Part shown: positions 52,996 to 61,944 of the stretch, in pieces
Layout: every line of letters begins with the position of its first letter
Position numbering within the stretch: position 1 is the stretch's first letter
Assembly (NCBI GenBank): GCA_041611735.1
Contig: JBFIML010000008.1
Coordinates: 40,570 to 104,569, forward strand
Direction: 5' to 3'
Source of the DNA: Myxococcota bacterium
GTDB taxonomy: Bacteria > Myxococcota_A > UBA9160 > PR03
DNA: 64,000 bases
Notes under the pieces: generated by a model
Databases searched by the model: none
The model's input: only the letters and a program-made list of their open reading frames with translations
Told to the model about the DNA's origin: nothing
Translations under genes and position numbers: made by a program

Positions 52996-53124
52996 CTAGC
53001 GGTAGGACTTGCGCCCGCCGCGGCTCTGGCGCAGGCGGGCGCGGGCGAGCTTGGCCTTGAGCCGCGCCCGGTAGCGGGCGGTCTTGCGCCGGTTGCGATG
53101 GGGGAGCGGCTTGGCCTTCTTCAT
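52996..53124 (-). CDS. Small, extremely basic protein (42 aa)
   Basis: GGAGG RBS, then MKKAKPLPHRNRRKTARYRARLKAKLARARLRQSRGGRKSYR; fills an otherwise empty gap. Confidence 0.65.
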   Translation of the reverse strand: MKKAKPLPHRNRRKTARYRARLKAKLARARLRQSRGGRKSYR

Positions 53125-53225
53125 GGCGCCTCCGAGGCCGACCACGGTAGGCAAGCCGGCGGGCGCGGTCCAGCGCGGGCCGGACGTGACCCGGCGCGGG
53201 CCCCGGCGTACCCTAGGCCCGCAGC

Positions 53226-54407
53226 ATGACGGCGCCCGGACCCCTCCAGCGCATGGCCGACTTCGACCTCTCGTCCGAGCAGCGCGAGGTACGCCGGGCC
53301 GTGCGGGAGTTCGCCGAGAAGGAGATCCTCCCCTTCGTCGAGGAGTACGAGCGCCAGGAGAAGTATCCCCTCGATCTGATCCAGAAGCTCGTTCCCCTGG
53401 GCTACATCGCACCCATGATCCCCGAACGCTGGGGCGGCTCCTTCGTGGACGTCACCACCTACGGGGTAATCTGCGAGGAGCTGGCCCGGGTGGACTGGGT
53501 GGTCGCTTCGGTCGTCTCGGTGACCAACTCGCTGGTGGCCGGCTCGATCCTGCGCCACGGGAGCGAGATCCAGCAGGAGCGCTGGCTGCCTCCCATGGCC
53601 CGGGGCGACATCCTGACCTCCGCCTGTCTGACCGAGCCCGGGGGCGGGACGGACCTGGCTCGCATGCGCACGGTCGCCGTGCGTGCCGACGGCGGCTGGC
53701 GGATCACCGGCACCAAGGTCTTCATCTCGCACGCCGCCCACGCAGGGCTCTTCTTCCTGGTGGCGAGCGTCGACCCCGCCAAGGCGCACAGGGGCGTCAC
53801 GGCCTTCCTGGTCGAGGCCGACTCGCCGGGGATCCGCGTGGGAACCTTCCCCATGCGCACGCTCAAGCGCGACAACCTGGCGGAGGTGCACTTCGACGAG
53901 GTCTTCGTCCCCGACGAGAACCTGCTGGGCGAGCCGGGCGGCGGCTTCCCGGTGCTGGGCTCTGCCCTCGACATGGGGCGCTACTCGGTGGCCGCCCGCT
54001 GCGTGGGCCAGGCCCAGCGTTGCCTGGACCTGGCGGTGCCCTATGCCATGCAGCGCGAGGCCTTCGGGCACCGCATCGGCGAGTTCCAGATGATCCAGCA
54101 GAAGATCGCCGACATGGTGTGCCGCGCCGAGTCGGCTCGCGCCCTGGTGCATCGGCTCGGTCGCATGAAGGACGCGGGCGTGGCGCGGGCCTCCTGCGAG
54201 GCTTCGCTCGCCAAGCTCGTGGCCAGCGAAGCGGCCACCCGCAACGCCCTGGACGCCATCCAGATCCACGGCGGCTACGGCCTCTCCGCCGAGTACGAGG
54301 TCGGGCGCTTGCTGCTCGAGGCCAAGGCCCTCGAGTTCGGCGAGGGAACCAGCGAGCTGCACCGCAAGCTGATCGCCGAGTACGCGCTCGGCCTGCGCCA
54401 GCAGTAG
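53226..54407 (+). CDS. Acyl-CoA dehydrogenase
   Basis: LTEPGGGTD, GTKVFIS, QIHGGYG and EGTSE; alternative start 53253. Confidence 0.92.
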   Translation: MTAPGPLQRMADFDLSSEQREVRRAVREFAEKEILPFVEEYERQEKYPLDLIQKLVPLGYIAPMIPERWGGSFVDVTTYGVICEELARVDWVVASVVSVTNSLVAGSILRHGSEIQQERWLPPMARGDILTSACLTEPGGGTDLARMRTVAVRADGGWRITGTKVFISHAAHAGLFFLVASVDPAKAHRGVTAFLVEADSPGIRVGTFPMRTLKRDNLAEVHFDEVFVPDENLLGEPGGGFPVLGSALDMGRYSVAARCVGQAQRCLDLAVPYAMQREAFGHRIGEFQMIQQKIADMVCRAESARALVHRLGRMKDAGVARASCEASLAKLVASEAATRNALDAIQIHGGYGLSAEYEVGRLLLEAKALEFGEGTSELHRKLIAEYALGLRQQ

Positions 54408-54413
54408 GGGACC

Positions 54414-54971
54414 GTGGAGAGCGACGCCGCCCGCCGCGAGCTGCTCGAGCTGATCCTGCGCGTTTCCTTCCGGCGCGAGCGGGTCGTGCTCGCCAGCGGC
54501 CGCGAGAGCGACTTCTATCTGGACCTGCGCCAGACCTTGATGCGGCCCCGGGGGCTACGCCTGGCCGGGCGCCTGGTGCTGGAGCGCCTGGCTTCCGGCC
54601 CCCGGGTGGACGCCGTGGGGGGCATGGCCGTGGGGGCGGTGCCCCTGGTGGCGGCGGTGCTGGCCGCCGCGGCGGAGCGGGAGCCACAGACGGGCCTGCT
54701 GGGCTTCTTCGTCCGCAGGGAGGCCAAGCCACACGGGCTCCGGCGCCGCCTGGAGGGAGCCTTCGCGCCCGGCCAGAGCGTGGCCCTGCTGGAGGACGTG
54801 GTGACCACCGGCGCCTCCACCCTGGAGGCGGCCGCGGCGGTGGAGGCCGAGGGCGGCAAGGTGACGCGGGTAGTGGGCCTGGTGGACCGGGGCGAGGGCG
54901 CCGAGCAGGCCTTCGCGGCCCGGGGACTGTGCCTGGAGACGCTCTTCAGCCGCGCCGACCTGCCCGTCTGA
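54414..54971 (+). CDS. pyrE: Orotate phosphoribosyltransferase
   Basis: LASGRESDFYLD, VRREAKPHG and LLEDVVTTGAS. Confidence 0.92.
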   Translation: MESDAARRELLELILRVSFRRERVVLASGRESDFYLDLRQTLMRPRGLRLAGRLVLERLASGPRVDAVGGMAVGAVPLVAAVLAAAAEREPQTGLLGFFVRREAKPHGLRRRLEGAFAPGQSVALLEDVVTTGASTLEAAAAVEAEGGKVTRVVGLVDRGEGAEQAFAARGLCLETLFSRADLPV

Positions 54972-55024
54972 CTGAGCCGACGACGAGGCGTGCGGGGTAC
55001 TCCCGCGCAGCAAGGAGAAGCGAG

Positions 55025-56530
55025 ATGAGCCTGAACCTGGCCTCCATCCTGATGGCTGCAGCCCGCGACCACGCCGACCGGCCGGCCGTGCGCTGGAACG
55101 AGCTGGTCCTCACCCATGCGAAGCTCGACCGCGCCGCGCGCGGCGTCGCCACCGCCCTGCGCGACCGCGGCCTCCAGCCCGGCGACCGGGTGGCGCTGCT
55201 GGTGCCGAACGTGCCCGAGTTCCCGATCGCCTACTTCGGGGCCCTGTACGCGGGCTGCAGCGTGGTGCCCATCAACGTGCTGGCCTCGGGTCCGGAGGTG
55301 GACTACTTCCTGCGCGACTCCGAAGCGCGGCTGCTGGTGGCCCATCCGTTCTTCGAGAAGCCCGCCCGCGCCGGGGCCGAGAAGGCCGGCGTCCCGCTGG
55401 TCTGGTCGAGCGGCGATGCCGCGCCTCCCGAGAGCTTCGCGGCCATGCAGCGCGAGGCGCCGATCGACGCGCTGCACCCGACGGGCGCCGACGACACCGC
55501 GGTCATCATCTACACCTCGGGCACCACGGGGAAGCCCAAGGGAGCGGAGCTCACCCACTCGAACCTGCTGATCAACTGCGCCATCGTGCTGCCGAAGCTG
55601 CTGCCCCTGGGCCCCGACGACGTGGCCCTCGCGACCCTGCCGCTCTTCCACTCCTTCGGGATGACGTGCATCCAGAACGCCTGCATCGCGCTCGGTGCGT
55701 GCTTCACCCTGCTGCCGCGCTTCACGCCCGAGGAGGCCCTGGCCATCATGCAGCGGGACCAGGTCACCCTGTTCGCCGGGGTGCCGACCATGTACTTCGC
55801 GATCCTGCATCACCCGGAGGCCGACCGCTACGACGCCTCGAGCCTGCGCTTCTGCATCACCGGCGGCGCGGCCATGCCGGTGGAGGTGCTGAAGGCCTTC
55901 GAGGAGAAGTACCGGGTGCCCGTGCTCGAGGGATACGGCCTGTCCGAGACCTCGCCGGTGGCGAGCTTCAACCTGGCGGACCGGCCCCGCCAGGCGGGCA
56001 CCATCGGCTGGCCGGTATGGGGCGTGGAGCTGAGCATCCTGGACGACCAGGACCGCCCGCTGCCCGACGGAGAGCCGGGGGAGATCGCCATCCGCGGGCA
56101 CAACGTGATGAAGGGCTACTGGAAACGGCCCGACGCCAGCAAGGAGGCCCTGCGCAACGGCTGGTTCCACAGCGGCGACGTGGGCGTGCGCGACCGGGAG
56201 GGCCGCTACCGGATCGTGGACCGCAAGAAGGACATGATCCTGCGCGGCGGCTTCAACGTGTATCCGCGCGAGGTGGAAGAGGTGCTGTACGCGCACCCGG
56301 ACGTGGTGGAGGCGGCGGTGGTGGGGGTGCCCCACCAGAGCCACGGCGAGGAGGTGAAGGCGATCCTGGTGACGCGGCCCGGCAGGACGCTCACCGACGA
56401 GGAGGTGATCGAGTACTGCAAGGCGAACCTGGCCGCCTACAAGTACCCGCGCATCGTCGAGTTCCGCGACACCCTGCCCAAGGGCCCCACCGGGAAGATC
56501 CTGAAACGCGAGCTGCGGGAACGTTCTTGA
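55025..56530 (+). CDS. Long-chain fatty acid-CoA ligase
   Basis: YTSGTTGKPKG, GYGLSETSP, SGDVG and GPTGKILKR; RBS AAGGAG. Confidence 0.93.
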   Translation: MSLNLASILMAAARDHADRPAVRWNELVLTHAKLDRAARGVATALRDRGLQPGDRVALLVPNVPEFPIAYFGALYAGCSVVPINVLASGPEVDYFLRDSEARLLVAHPFFEKPARAGAEKAGVPLVWSSGDAAPPESFAAMQREAPIDALHPTGADDTAVIIYTSGTTGKPKGAELTHSNLLINCAIVLPKLLPLGPDDVALATLPLFHSFGMTCIQNACIALGACFTLLPRFTPEEALAIMQRDQVTLFAGVPTMYFAILHHPEADRYDASSLRFCITGGAAMPVEVLKAFEEKYRVPVLEGYGLSETSPVASFNLADRPRQAGTIGWPVWGVELSILDDQDRPLPDGEPGEIAIRGHNVMKGYWKRPDASKEALRNGWFHSGDVGVRDREGRYRIVDRKKDMILRGGFNVYPREVEEVLYAHPDVVEAAVVGVPHQSHGEEVKAILVTRPGRTLTDEEVIEYCKANLAAYKYPRIVEFRDTLPKGPTGKILKRELRERS

Positions 56531-56545
56531 CTAATTGACTTCTCC
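56517..56545. repeat. Palindromic element, single arm (copy 5)
   Basis: GGGAACGTTCTTGACTAATTGACTTCTCC at the junction of two convergent genes. Confidence 0.8.
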
Positions 56546-57256
56546 GCCCCCGGGCTGCGCCGGGTCGGGCAGCCGCCGGGCCCGCTCCTCGATCAGCTCG
56601 AGGAAGCGCTCGCGCCCGACCGTCACGAAGATGCCCTCCGCCTGGGCGGTGACCACGTCCCCGGCGCGCAGCTCGCCGGCGGCGAAGATCTTGCGTCCCT
56701 CTACCCGGTCGACCCAGGCCTCGAAGTGCAGCTCCCGGTGCAGGGGCGTGGGGCGCCGGTAGCGCACCGTGAGGGTTCCCGTCATGCCGGGTTGGCCGGT
56801 GATCGACTGGGCGAAGCCCAGCACTTCGTCGAAGGCTGCTGCCACGAAACCCCCGTGGACGCAGCCCGGCGGCCCCTCGTAGGCGGATCCGAAGCGGACC
56901 GTTCCGTGCACACGCTCGCCCTCGGCACGCAGCACGATGGGCGGAGCCAGGGGGTTGGCGCGGCCGATCATGGGGCTCTGGTCGAAGAAGGCGCCCACAT
57001 CCCCGCTGGTGGCGCTCTCGGCCACGCCCTCGTAGCGGTCGAGACGCGGGTGGCTGGCCAGCCGCTCCGCGTAGCTCTCCAGGGCGTCGGCCGCCCGCTT
57101 GAGCTCCGTCTCGGGGGCGTCGCTCGAGACCAGACGCTCGATCACGAGGCGCATGGCCGCCGCCAGCCGCCGCTTCTCCGCCCAGGCGCCGCTGGCCGGC
57201 ATGGCCGCCGCCTCCCAATGGGTGAGCCAGCTCCGCTTCCGCCCCCCGCCAGCCAT
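56531..57256 (-). CDS. PaaI/THEM4-like hotdog thioesterase
   Basis: GRANPLAPP, YEGPPGCVHGG..AAAFDEVLG and TGTLTVRYRRPTP. Confidence 0.88.
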   Translation of the reverse strand: MAGGGRKRSWLTHWEAAAMPASGAWAEKRRLAAAMRLVIERLVSSDAPETELKRAADALESYAERLASHPRLDRYEGVAESATSGDVGAFFDQSPMIGRANPLAPPIVLRAEGERVHGTVRFGSAYEGPPGCVHGGFVAAAFDEVLGFAQSITGQPGMTGTLTVRYRRPTPLHRELHFEAWVDRVEGRKIFAAGELRAGDVVTAQAEGIFVTVGRERFLELIEERARRLPDPAQPGGGEVN

Positions 57257-57276
57257 GCAAGCCCCCTCGTCACCCT

Positions 57277-57645
57277 TCAGGACGCGCCGCGCCGCCTTGC
57301 GCAACAGGTTTCGAATTCGTCGAAGGCGCCGTCCACCGCGACCACGTTCCCGTAGCCCATCTCGCGCAGGGTGGCCGCCGCCAGGGCCGCGCGACCGCCG
57401 CCCGCGCAGTGGATCAGGATGGGACGGTCTGCATCCCGGGCGAGCTCGCCGATGCGCAGCTCGAGCAGCCCCCGTGGCAGGTTCACCGCGCCCTGCACGG
57501 CCCCCCGGGCGTGCTCGGCCGGCTCTCGGACGTCCAGCAGCAGGAGATTGGGCTCCTCGGCCACGCGCCGGGCCGCCTCCTCGCACGGGATGGTGGAGAC
57601 CGAGGCCTTGGCGCGGGCCACGACCTCGGCGGCGCTCATGGGCAT
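57277..57645 (-). CDS. Rhodanese-like domain protein
   Basis: LLDVREPAE, LPRGLLE and HCAGGGRA; RBS GGAGGAG. Confidence 0.88.
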   Translation of the reverse strand: MPMSAAEVVARAKASVSTIPCEEAARRVAEEPNLLLLDVREPAEHARGAVQGAVNLPRGLLELRIGELARDADRPILIHCAGGGRAALAAATLREMGYGNVVAVDGAFDEFETCCARRRGAS

Positions 57646-57857
57646 GCAAGCTCCTCCCGGTTCCCTGGGGCGCTCCGCCGCCCGCAGAGGCTTCAGAGGA
57701 TGCCACGCCTGGACCGTGACCGTCTCCGTCACGCCCCTCTGCTTCCCTCCAGGAGGAGCCAGCAGGCGGTCCCGGGGCTCCCCCCGGTCCCCCGACCCCT
57801 CCCCCGACGGATGGCCTCGGGGCCGCCTCGCATCCAGGGAGACACAGGAGAGACGTG

Positions 57858-58076
57858 ATGACCCCCATGACCAGCCCCCGACGAACCCTGACCCGCTGCC
57901 TCGTCTGTGGCTTTGCCGAGGTACGCACCGACGAGGTGATCGACCGCGGTCTCGTGCTGCTCGCCGAGTGTCCGCGTTGCGAGCACCGCTGGACGGCCCC
58001 GCTCGGCGCCGCGTCCAGCCCGCACCGGGCGGGCCCGGGCACCCGTGCGGCCCCGCCGGCCGTCGCCGCGGCGTGA
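57858..58076 (+). CDS. Small zinc-ribbon protein
   Basis: CLVC...CPRCEHRW; RBS AGGAG. Confidence 0.6.
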   Translation: MTPMTSPRRTLTRCLVCGFAEVRTDEVIDRGLVLLAECPRCEHRWTAPLGAASSPHRAGPGTRAAPPAVAAA

Positions 58077-58088
58077 TACCGTGCGCGC

Positions 58089-59279
58089 GTGCGGCTCGTC
58101 CTCTACACGGGCAAGGGGGGTGTCGGAAAGACCACCACCGCCGCGGCCACCGCCGCCTGGGCTGCGGCGCGCGGCCGCCGCACGCTCGTCCTCTCCGCGG
58201 ACACCGCCCACAGCCTGGGCGACGTGCTGGGCTGCCGGCTCGACGGCGAGGCCTGCCAGGTGGGCGAGCGCCTCCACGCTCTCGAGGTGGATGCACGCGC
58301 CGAGATGGCGCGCCACTGGGGAAGCATCCGCGAGTATCTGGTGACCCTGTTCCGCCACCAGGGCATCGAGGAGGTGGTGGCGGAGGAGCTCGCCCTGCTG
58401 CCCGGGGCCGAGGAGCTGGCGGCGCTGCTCGCGGTGGCGGAGCAGGCCCGCTCCGATCGCTGGGACCTGCTGGTGGTGGACTGCGCGCCGACCGACTCGA
58501 CCCTGCGCCTGCTATCGCTCCCGGAGGTGGTGCGTGGCGCCCTGCGCGTCGCCCTGCGGCTCGAGCGGGCCCTCGCCGCCGTGGTGACGCCGCTCGCCCG
58601 GGCGGTGGTTCCGGTCCCCCTGCCCGGCTCCCAGGTCTTCCGCGATGCCGAGCGGCTCCTGTACCAGCGCCTGCGCGCCATCCACCGCCTGCTCGTCGCG
58701 CCCGCCACCCACGTGCGCCTCGTGCTGACGCCCGAGCGCATGGTGATCGAGGAGGCCCGCCGCGCCCACACGGACCTCTCGCTCTTCCAGATCCGCTGCG
58801 ACGCGGTGGTGATCAACCGGCTGCTGCCCGAGGCGGCCGCCGCCGAGCCTTATTTTCGCGACTGGGGACGGGTGCAGGAGGAGCGCTGCGCCGAGGTGGC
58901 GGAGCTCTTCGCTCCGCTTCCCATGCTGCGCGGTCCCTTGCGCGAAGACGAGGTGATGGGCGTCCAGGCCCTCGCCGCCCACGGCCGCGAGCTCTTCGGG
59001 GACCGCGATCCGGGAGGTGTGCTGAGCCGCACGCGGGGACTGCGCTTCCGGCACGAGGGAAGCGCCGGGCGCGTCTCGCTCTCGCTTCCCCTCCCCCACG
59101 CCGAGCGCGGCGCCCTCGAAGTGGCAAAGCTCGACGGCGAGCTCGTGATCCGGGTCGGGGGGAAGCGGCGGCGCCTGGTGCTGCCGCGCCACCTGGCCCG
59201 CCTGGCGCTCGAAGGCGCGCGCCTGGAATCCGAGCGGCTGCAGGTGCGCTTCGCACCGCCCGAGCCCGGAGCCGGCTAG
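58089..59279 (+). CDS. ArsA/GET3 family ATPase with HSP20-like C-terminal domain (copy 1)
   Basis: GKGGVGKTT, SADTAHSLGD, PGAEE and DCAPT; beta-rich C-terminus. Confidence 0.9.
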   Translation: MRLVLYTGKGGVGKTTTAAATAAWAAARGRRTLVLSADTAHSLGDVLGCRLDGEACQVGERLHALEVDARAEMARHWGSIREYLVTLFRHQGIEEVVAEELALLPGAEELAALLAVAEQARSDRWDLLVVDCAPTDSTLRLLSLPEVVRGALRVALRLERALAAVVTPLARAVVPVPLPGSQVFRDAERLLYQRLRAIHRLLVAPATHVRLVLTPERMVIEEARRAHTDLSLFQIRCDAVVINRLLPEAAAAEPYFRDWGRVQEERCAEVAELFAPLPMLRGPLREDEVMGVQALAAHGRELFGDRDPGGVLSRTRGLRFRHEGSAGRVSLSLPLPHAERGALEVAKLDGELVIRVGGKRRRLVLPRHLARLALEGARLESERLQVRFAPPEPGAG

Positions 59280-59281
59280 CC

Positions 59282-60439
59282 ATGCGGGTCGTCCTGCTCA
59301 CCGGCAAGGGGGGCGTCGGCAAGACGAGCCTGGCCGTGGCCACGGCCCTCGGCGCCGCCGAGCACGGCCACCGCGTGCACCTGCTCTCCACGGATCCCGC
59401 CCACAGCCTGGGGGACGCCCTCGGCCGGCGCGTGGGGGCGAGGCCGCTCGCCATCGCGCCGGGCGTGGTGGCCCAGGAGGTGGAGGTCCTGGAGGAGCTG
59501 GCGCGCTCCTGGTCGGAGATCCAGGACTGGCTCCGGCAGCTCCTGCGCGACGATGTGGACCCGGTGGTGGCCGAGGAGCTGCTGGTCTTCCCGGGGCTCG
59601 AGGAGCTCGTGGCGCTGCGAGCGGTCCGCGAAGTGGAGGCCATGGGTGCTTGCGATGTCTGCGTGGTGGACTGCGCCCCGACCGGTGCGACCCTGCGCAT
59701 GCTCCGCTTCCCGGACGCGCTGCGCATCTTCATGGAGAACTTCTTCGAGTGGGAGCGGCGCGGTGCCCGCTTGCTGCGCCCCCTGGTGGAGCGCGCCGGC
59801 GGTCGCTGGGTGCCCAGCGAAGCGTTCTTCGAGGCCTTCGAACGCCTGTATCGAGACGTGGACGACGTGCGGCGCATCCTGCTCGACGGGGAGCGAACGA
59901 CCGCCCGGTTGGTCACGAACCCGACCCGGGTGGTGATGGACGAGACGCGACGCTCGTTCGCCTACCTGTCGCTGTACGGCGTGGCCACGGACGCGGTGGT
60001 GGTGAACCGCCTGCTGCCCGAGCAGGCCTCCCAGGGCTGGTTCGCGCGCTGGGCACACCGCGAGCACGAGGAGCTGTCGGCCCTGGCGGCCGCCTTTCCG
60101 CTGCCTCTGCTGCGTGCCTCCCTGCGTCCCCACGAGGTGGTCGGTGTGGAAGCCCTGCGCGAACTGGCCCGGGAGGTGTACGCCGGCCAGGATCCCGCCG
60201 CGGTCCTGCGACGCGCCCGACCCCTGCGGCTGGCGCGCCGGGGCGGCCGTACCTTCCTCGAGATCGACCTGCCCCAGGTGTCCAAGGAGGAGCTCGAGGT
60301 GGCGCTCCACGGCGACGACCTCCTGCTGCGCGTGCGCGACGCGCAACGCCGGATCGCCCTGCCCGCCTCGGTGGCGGGGCGCGAGCTCGCGGGAGCGAGC
60401 CTGCGCGACGGGGTGCTCGAGGTGCGCTTCGCGCCGTGA
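59282..60439 (+). CDS. ArsA/GET3 family ATPase with HSP20-like C-terminal domain (copy 2)
   Basis: GKGGVGKTS, STDPAHSLGD and DCAPTG; C-terminal ASLRDGVLEVRF. Confidence 0.9.
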   Translation: MRVVLLTGKGGVGKTSLAVATALGAAEHGHRVHLLSTDPAHSLGDALGRRVGARPLAIAPGVVAQEVEVLEELARSWSEIQDWLRQLLRDDVDPVVAEELLVFPGLEELVALRAVREVEAMGACDVCVVDCAPTGATLRMLRFPDALRIFMENFFEWERRGARLLRPLVERAGGRWVPSEAFFEAFERLYRDVDDVRRILLDGERTTARLVTNPTRVVMDETRRSFAYLSLYGVATDAVVVNRLLPEQASQGWFARWAHREHEELSALAAAFPLPLLRASLRPHEVVGVEALRELAREVYAGQDPAAVLRRARPLRLARRGGRTFLEIDLPQVSKEELEVALHGDDLLLRVRDAQRRIALPASVAGRELAGASLRDGVLEVRFAP

Positions 60440-61266
60440 GGCCCCCGCGCCCGCCGCGCCGCATCGTGTCGCTGGTGCCATCGCTCACGGAGGCGCTCTT
60501 CGCCCTCGGGATGGGCGAGCGGCTGGTGGGCGTCACCGACTGGTGCGTCCATCCGGCGCAGGGGGTCGCCCGGCTGCCCAAGGTGGGCGGCACCAAGAAC
60601 GCGGACCCCGATCGGATCGCCGACCTGCGCCCGGATCTCGTGATCGCCAACCAGGAGGAGAACACGCGTCGGGTGGTGGAGCGGCTGCGCGCCGCCGGCA
60701 TTCCCGTCTGGGTCACCTATCCCAGCACGGTACGCGACGGGGCGCTGCTGCTGCGCGAGCTGGCGGAGCTCGGGGCTCCGCCCGAGGCCTGGGCCGCGGT
60801 GGTGGAGCCGGTGGAGCGCGCCGTGGCCGAAGCAGAAGCCTCGCCTCCCGAGCGCCGGACCCGCTTCTTCTGTCCCGTCTGGCGCGAACCGTGGATGAGC
60901 GTCGGGACCGACACGTACGCCCACGATCTGCTGCGCCTGGCAGGGGGGGCCAACGTCTTCGCGGAGCGTCGGGAGCGCCGCTACCCCGTGGTGAGGCTCG
61001 AGGAGGTGGAGGCGGGTCGGCCCGAGGTGATCCTGCTGCCCGACGAGCCCTACCGCTTCGGGCTGGCGGACGCCGAGGAGCTGGCCGCGCTCGACGTGCC
61101 CGCGGCCCACGCGGGCCGCATCCATCTCATCGACGGCACCTGGGTGTCGTGGTACGGTCCCCGCATCCGGCGGGCGCTCGAGGCCTTCCGGGAGCTGCTC
61201 CACCCGCAGGGCCCCGGGGATGCAGGAAGCGAAGCGGGGGGGCAGCGGCAGGCTTCCGGGGGGTAG
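60436..61266 (+). CDS. BtuF-like helical-backbone metal/cobalamin binding protein
   Basis: RIVSLVPSLTE, GVTDWCVHP, VGGTKN, ANQEEN and SWYGPR; GTGA overlap. Confidence 0.85.
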   Translation: MRPPRPPRRIVSLVPSLTEALFALGMGERLVGVTDWCVHPAQGVARLPKVGGTKNADPDRIADLRPDLVIANQEENTRRVVERLRAAGIPVWVTYPSTVRDGALLLRELAELGAPPEAWAAVVEPVERAVAEAEASPPERRTRFFCPVWREPWMSVGTDTYAHDLLRLAGGANVFAERRERRYPVVRLEEVEAGRPEVILLPDEPYRFGLADAEELAALDVPAAHAGRIHLIDGTWVSWYGPRIRRALEAFRELLHPQGPGDAGSEAGGQRQASGG

Positions 61267-61462
61267 GCCGCCGTACCGTGTCGTTGGTCCACTTCCAGCT
61301 TCGCGACGCCAGGGCCCCCGTCCGCTTCGATGGGCCCGAGGTCCCCAGCGCGGTGTGCCCCGAGGTCGCGGTCCGGCTGGCGCGTGCTGCAGCGCACCGG
61401 GCCCGCCCCCTCCCGCTCCCGCCCGGTGCCCGGCCGTGAGCCGCTTCGCCGCCGCCGGGGGG

Positions 61463-61906
61463 ATGGGGCTGCTCGAGGCCCCGGATCTCCGCCTGGCCGC
61501 CGCGGAGGGCCGTCCTGGCCTCCAGGAGGTCGAGTGGGGCCTATTCCCCATCTCCGGCTCCACCGTACGTTTTCCAATCCAGATTTCCTACGTTGTGGCC
61601 ATGGAAAACCGCCCGGCCGGAGGCCGGATCGATACCCGCAGGGCGTTTGAATCGGGCCGGGTCAACCGGGTCGTGCCCAAGCAAAAAGTGCTCGAGTCGG
61701 CGCTCCAGCTGGCCGAGAAGATCGTGGGCAGTGGCCCGATCGCCGTACGCGAGGTCCGCCACCTGGTGCGGAGCGCGCTGGGGCGGCAGCAGGAGGATGC
61801 CCTGGCACGCGAGCTCGGAATCGGCCGTGCGGTCCTTGCCACGCGCGACGCTCGGGAGGGCCCGCGCGCGTTCGAGAAGCGCAAGCCCCGCTGCGAGGGA
61901 CGATGA
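61463..61906 (+). pseudogene. Decayed 3' fragment of an EchA19-like enoyl-CoA hydratase
   Basis: EVEWGLFPISGSTVRFPIQISY...GPIAV...DAREGPRAFEKRKP aligns by eye to the C-terminal half of 41891..42691. The N-terminal half is missing. Left boundary approximate. Confidence 0.7.
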
Positions 61907-61944
61907 TCCCTGCGGGCGGGATCCAGGAGGAGGGGAGCCGAGCC

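Noticed and set aside
58089-60439. Arsenic resistance operon
   Set aside because: No arsB/acr3, arsC, arsD or arsR. Single-domain ATPases with an HSP20-like tail are not the arsenite-pump type.
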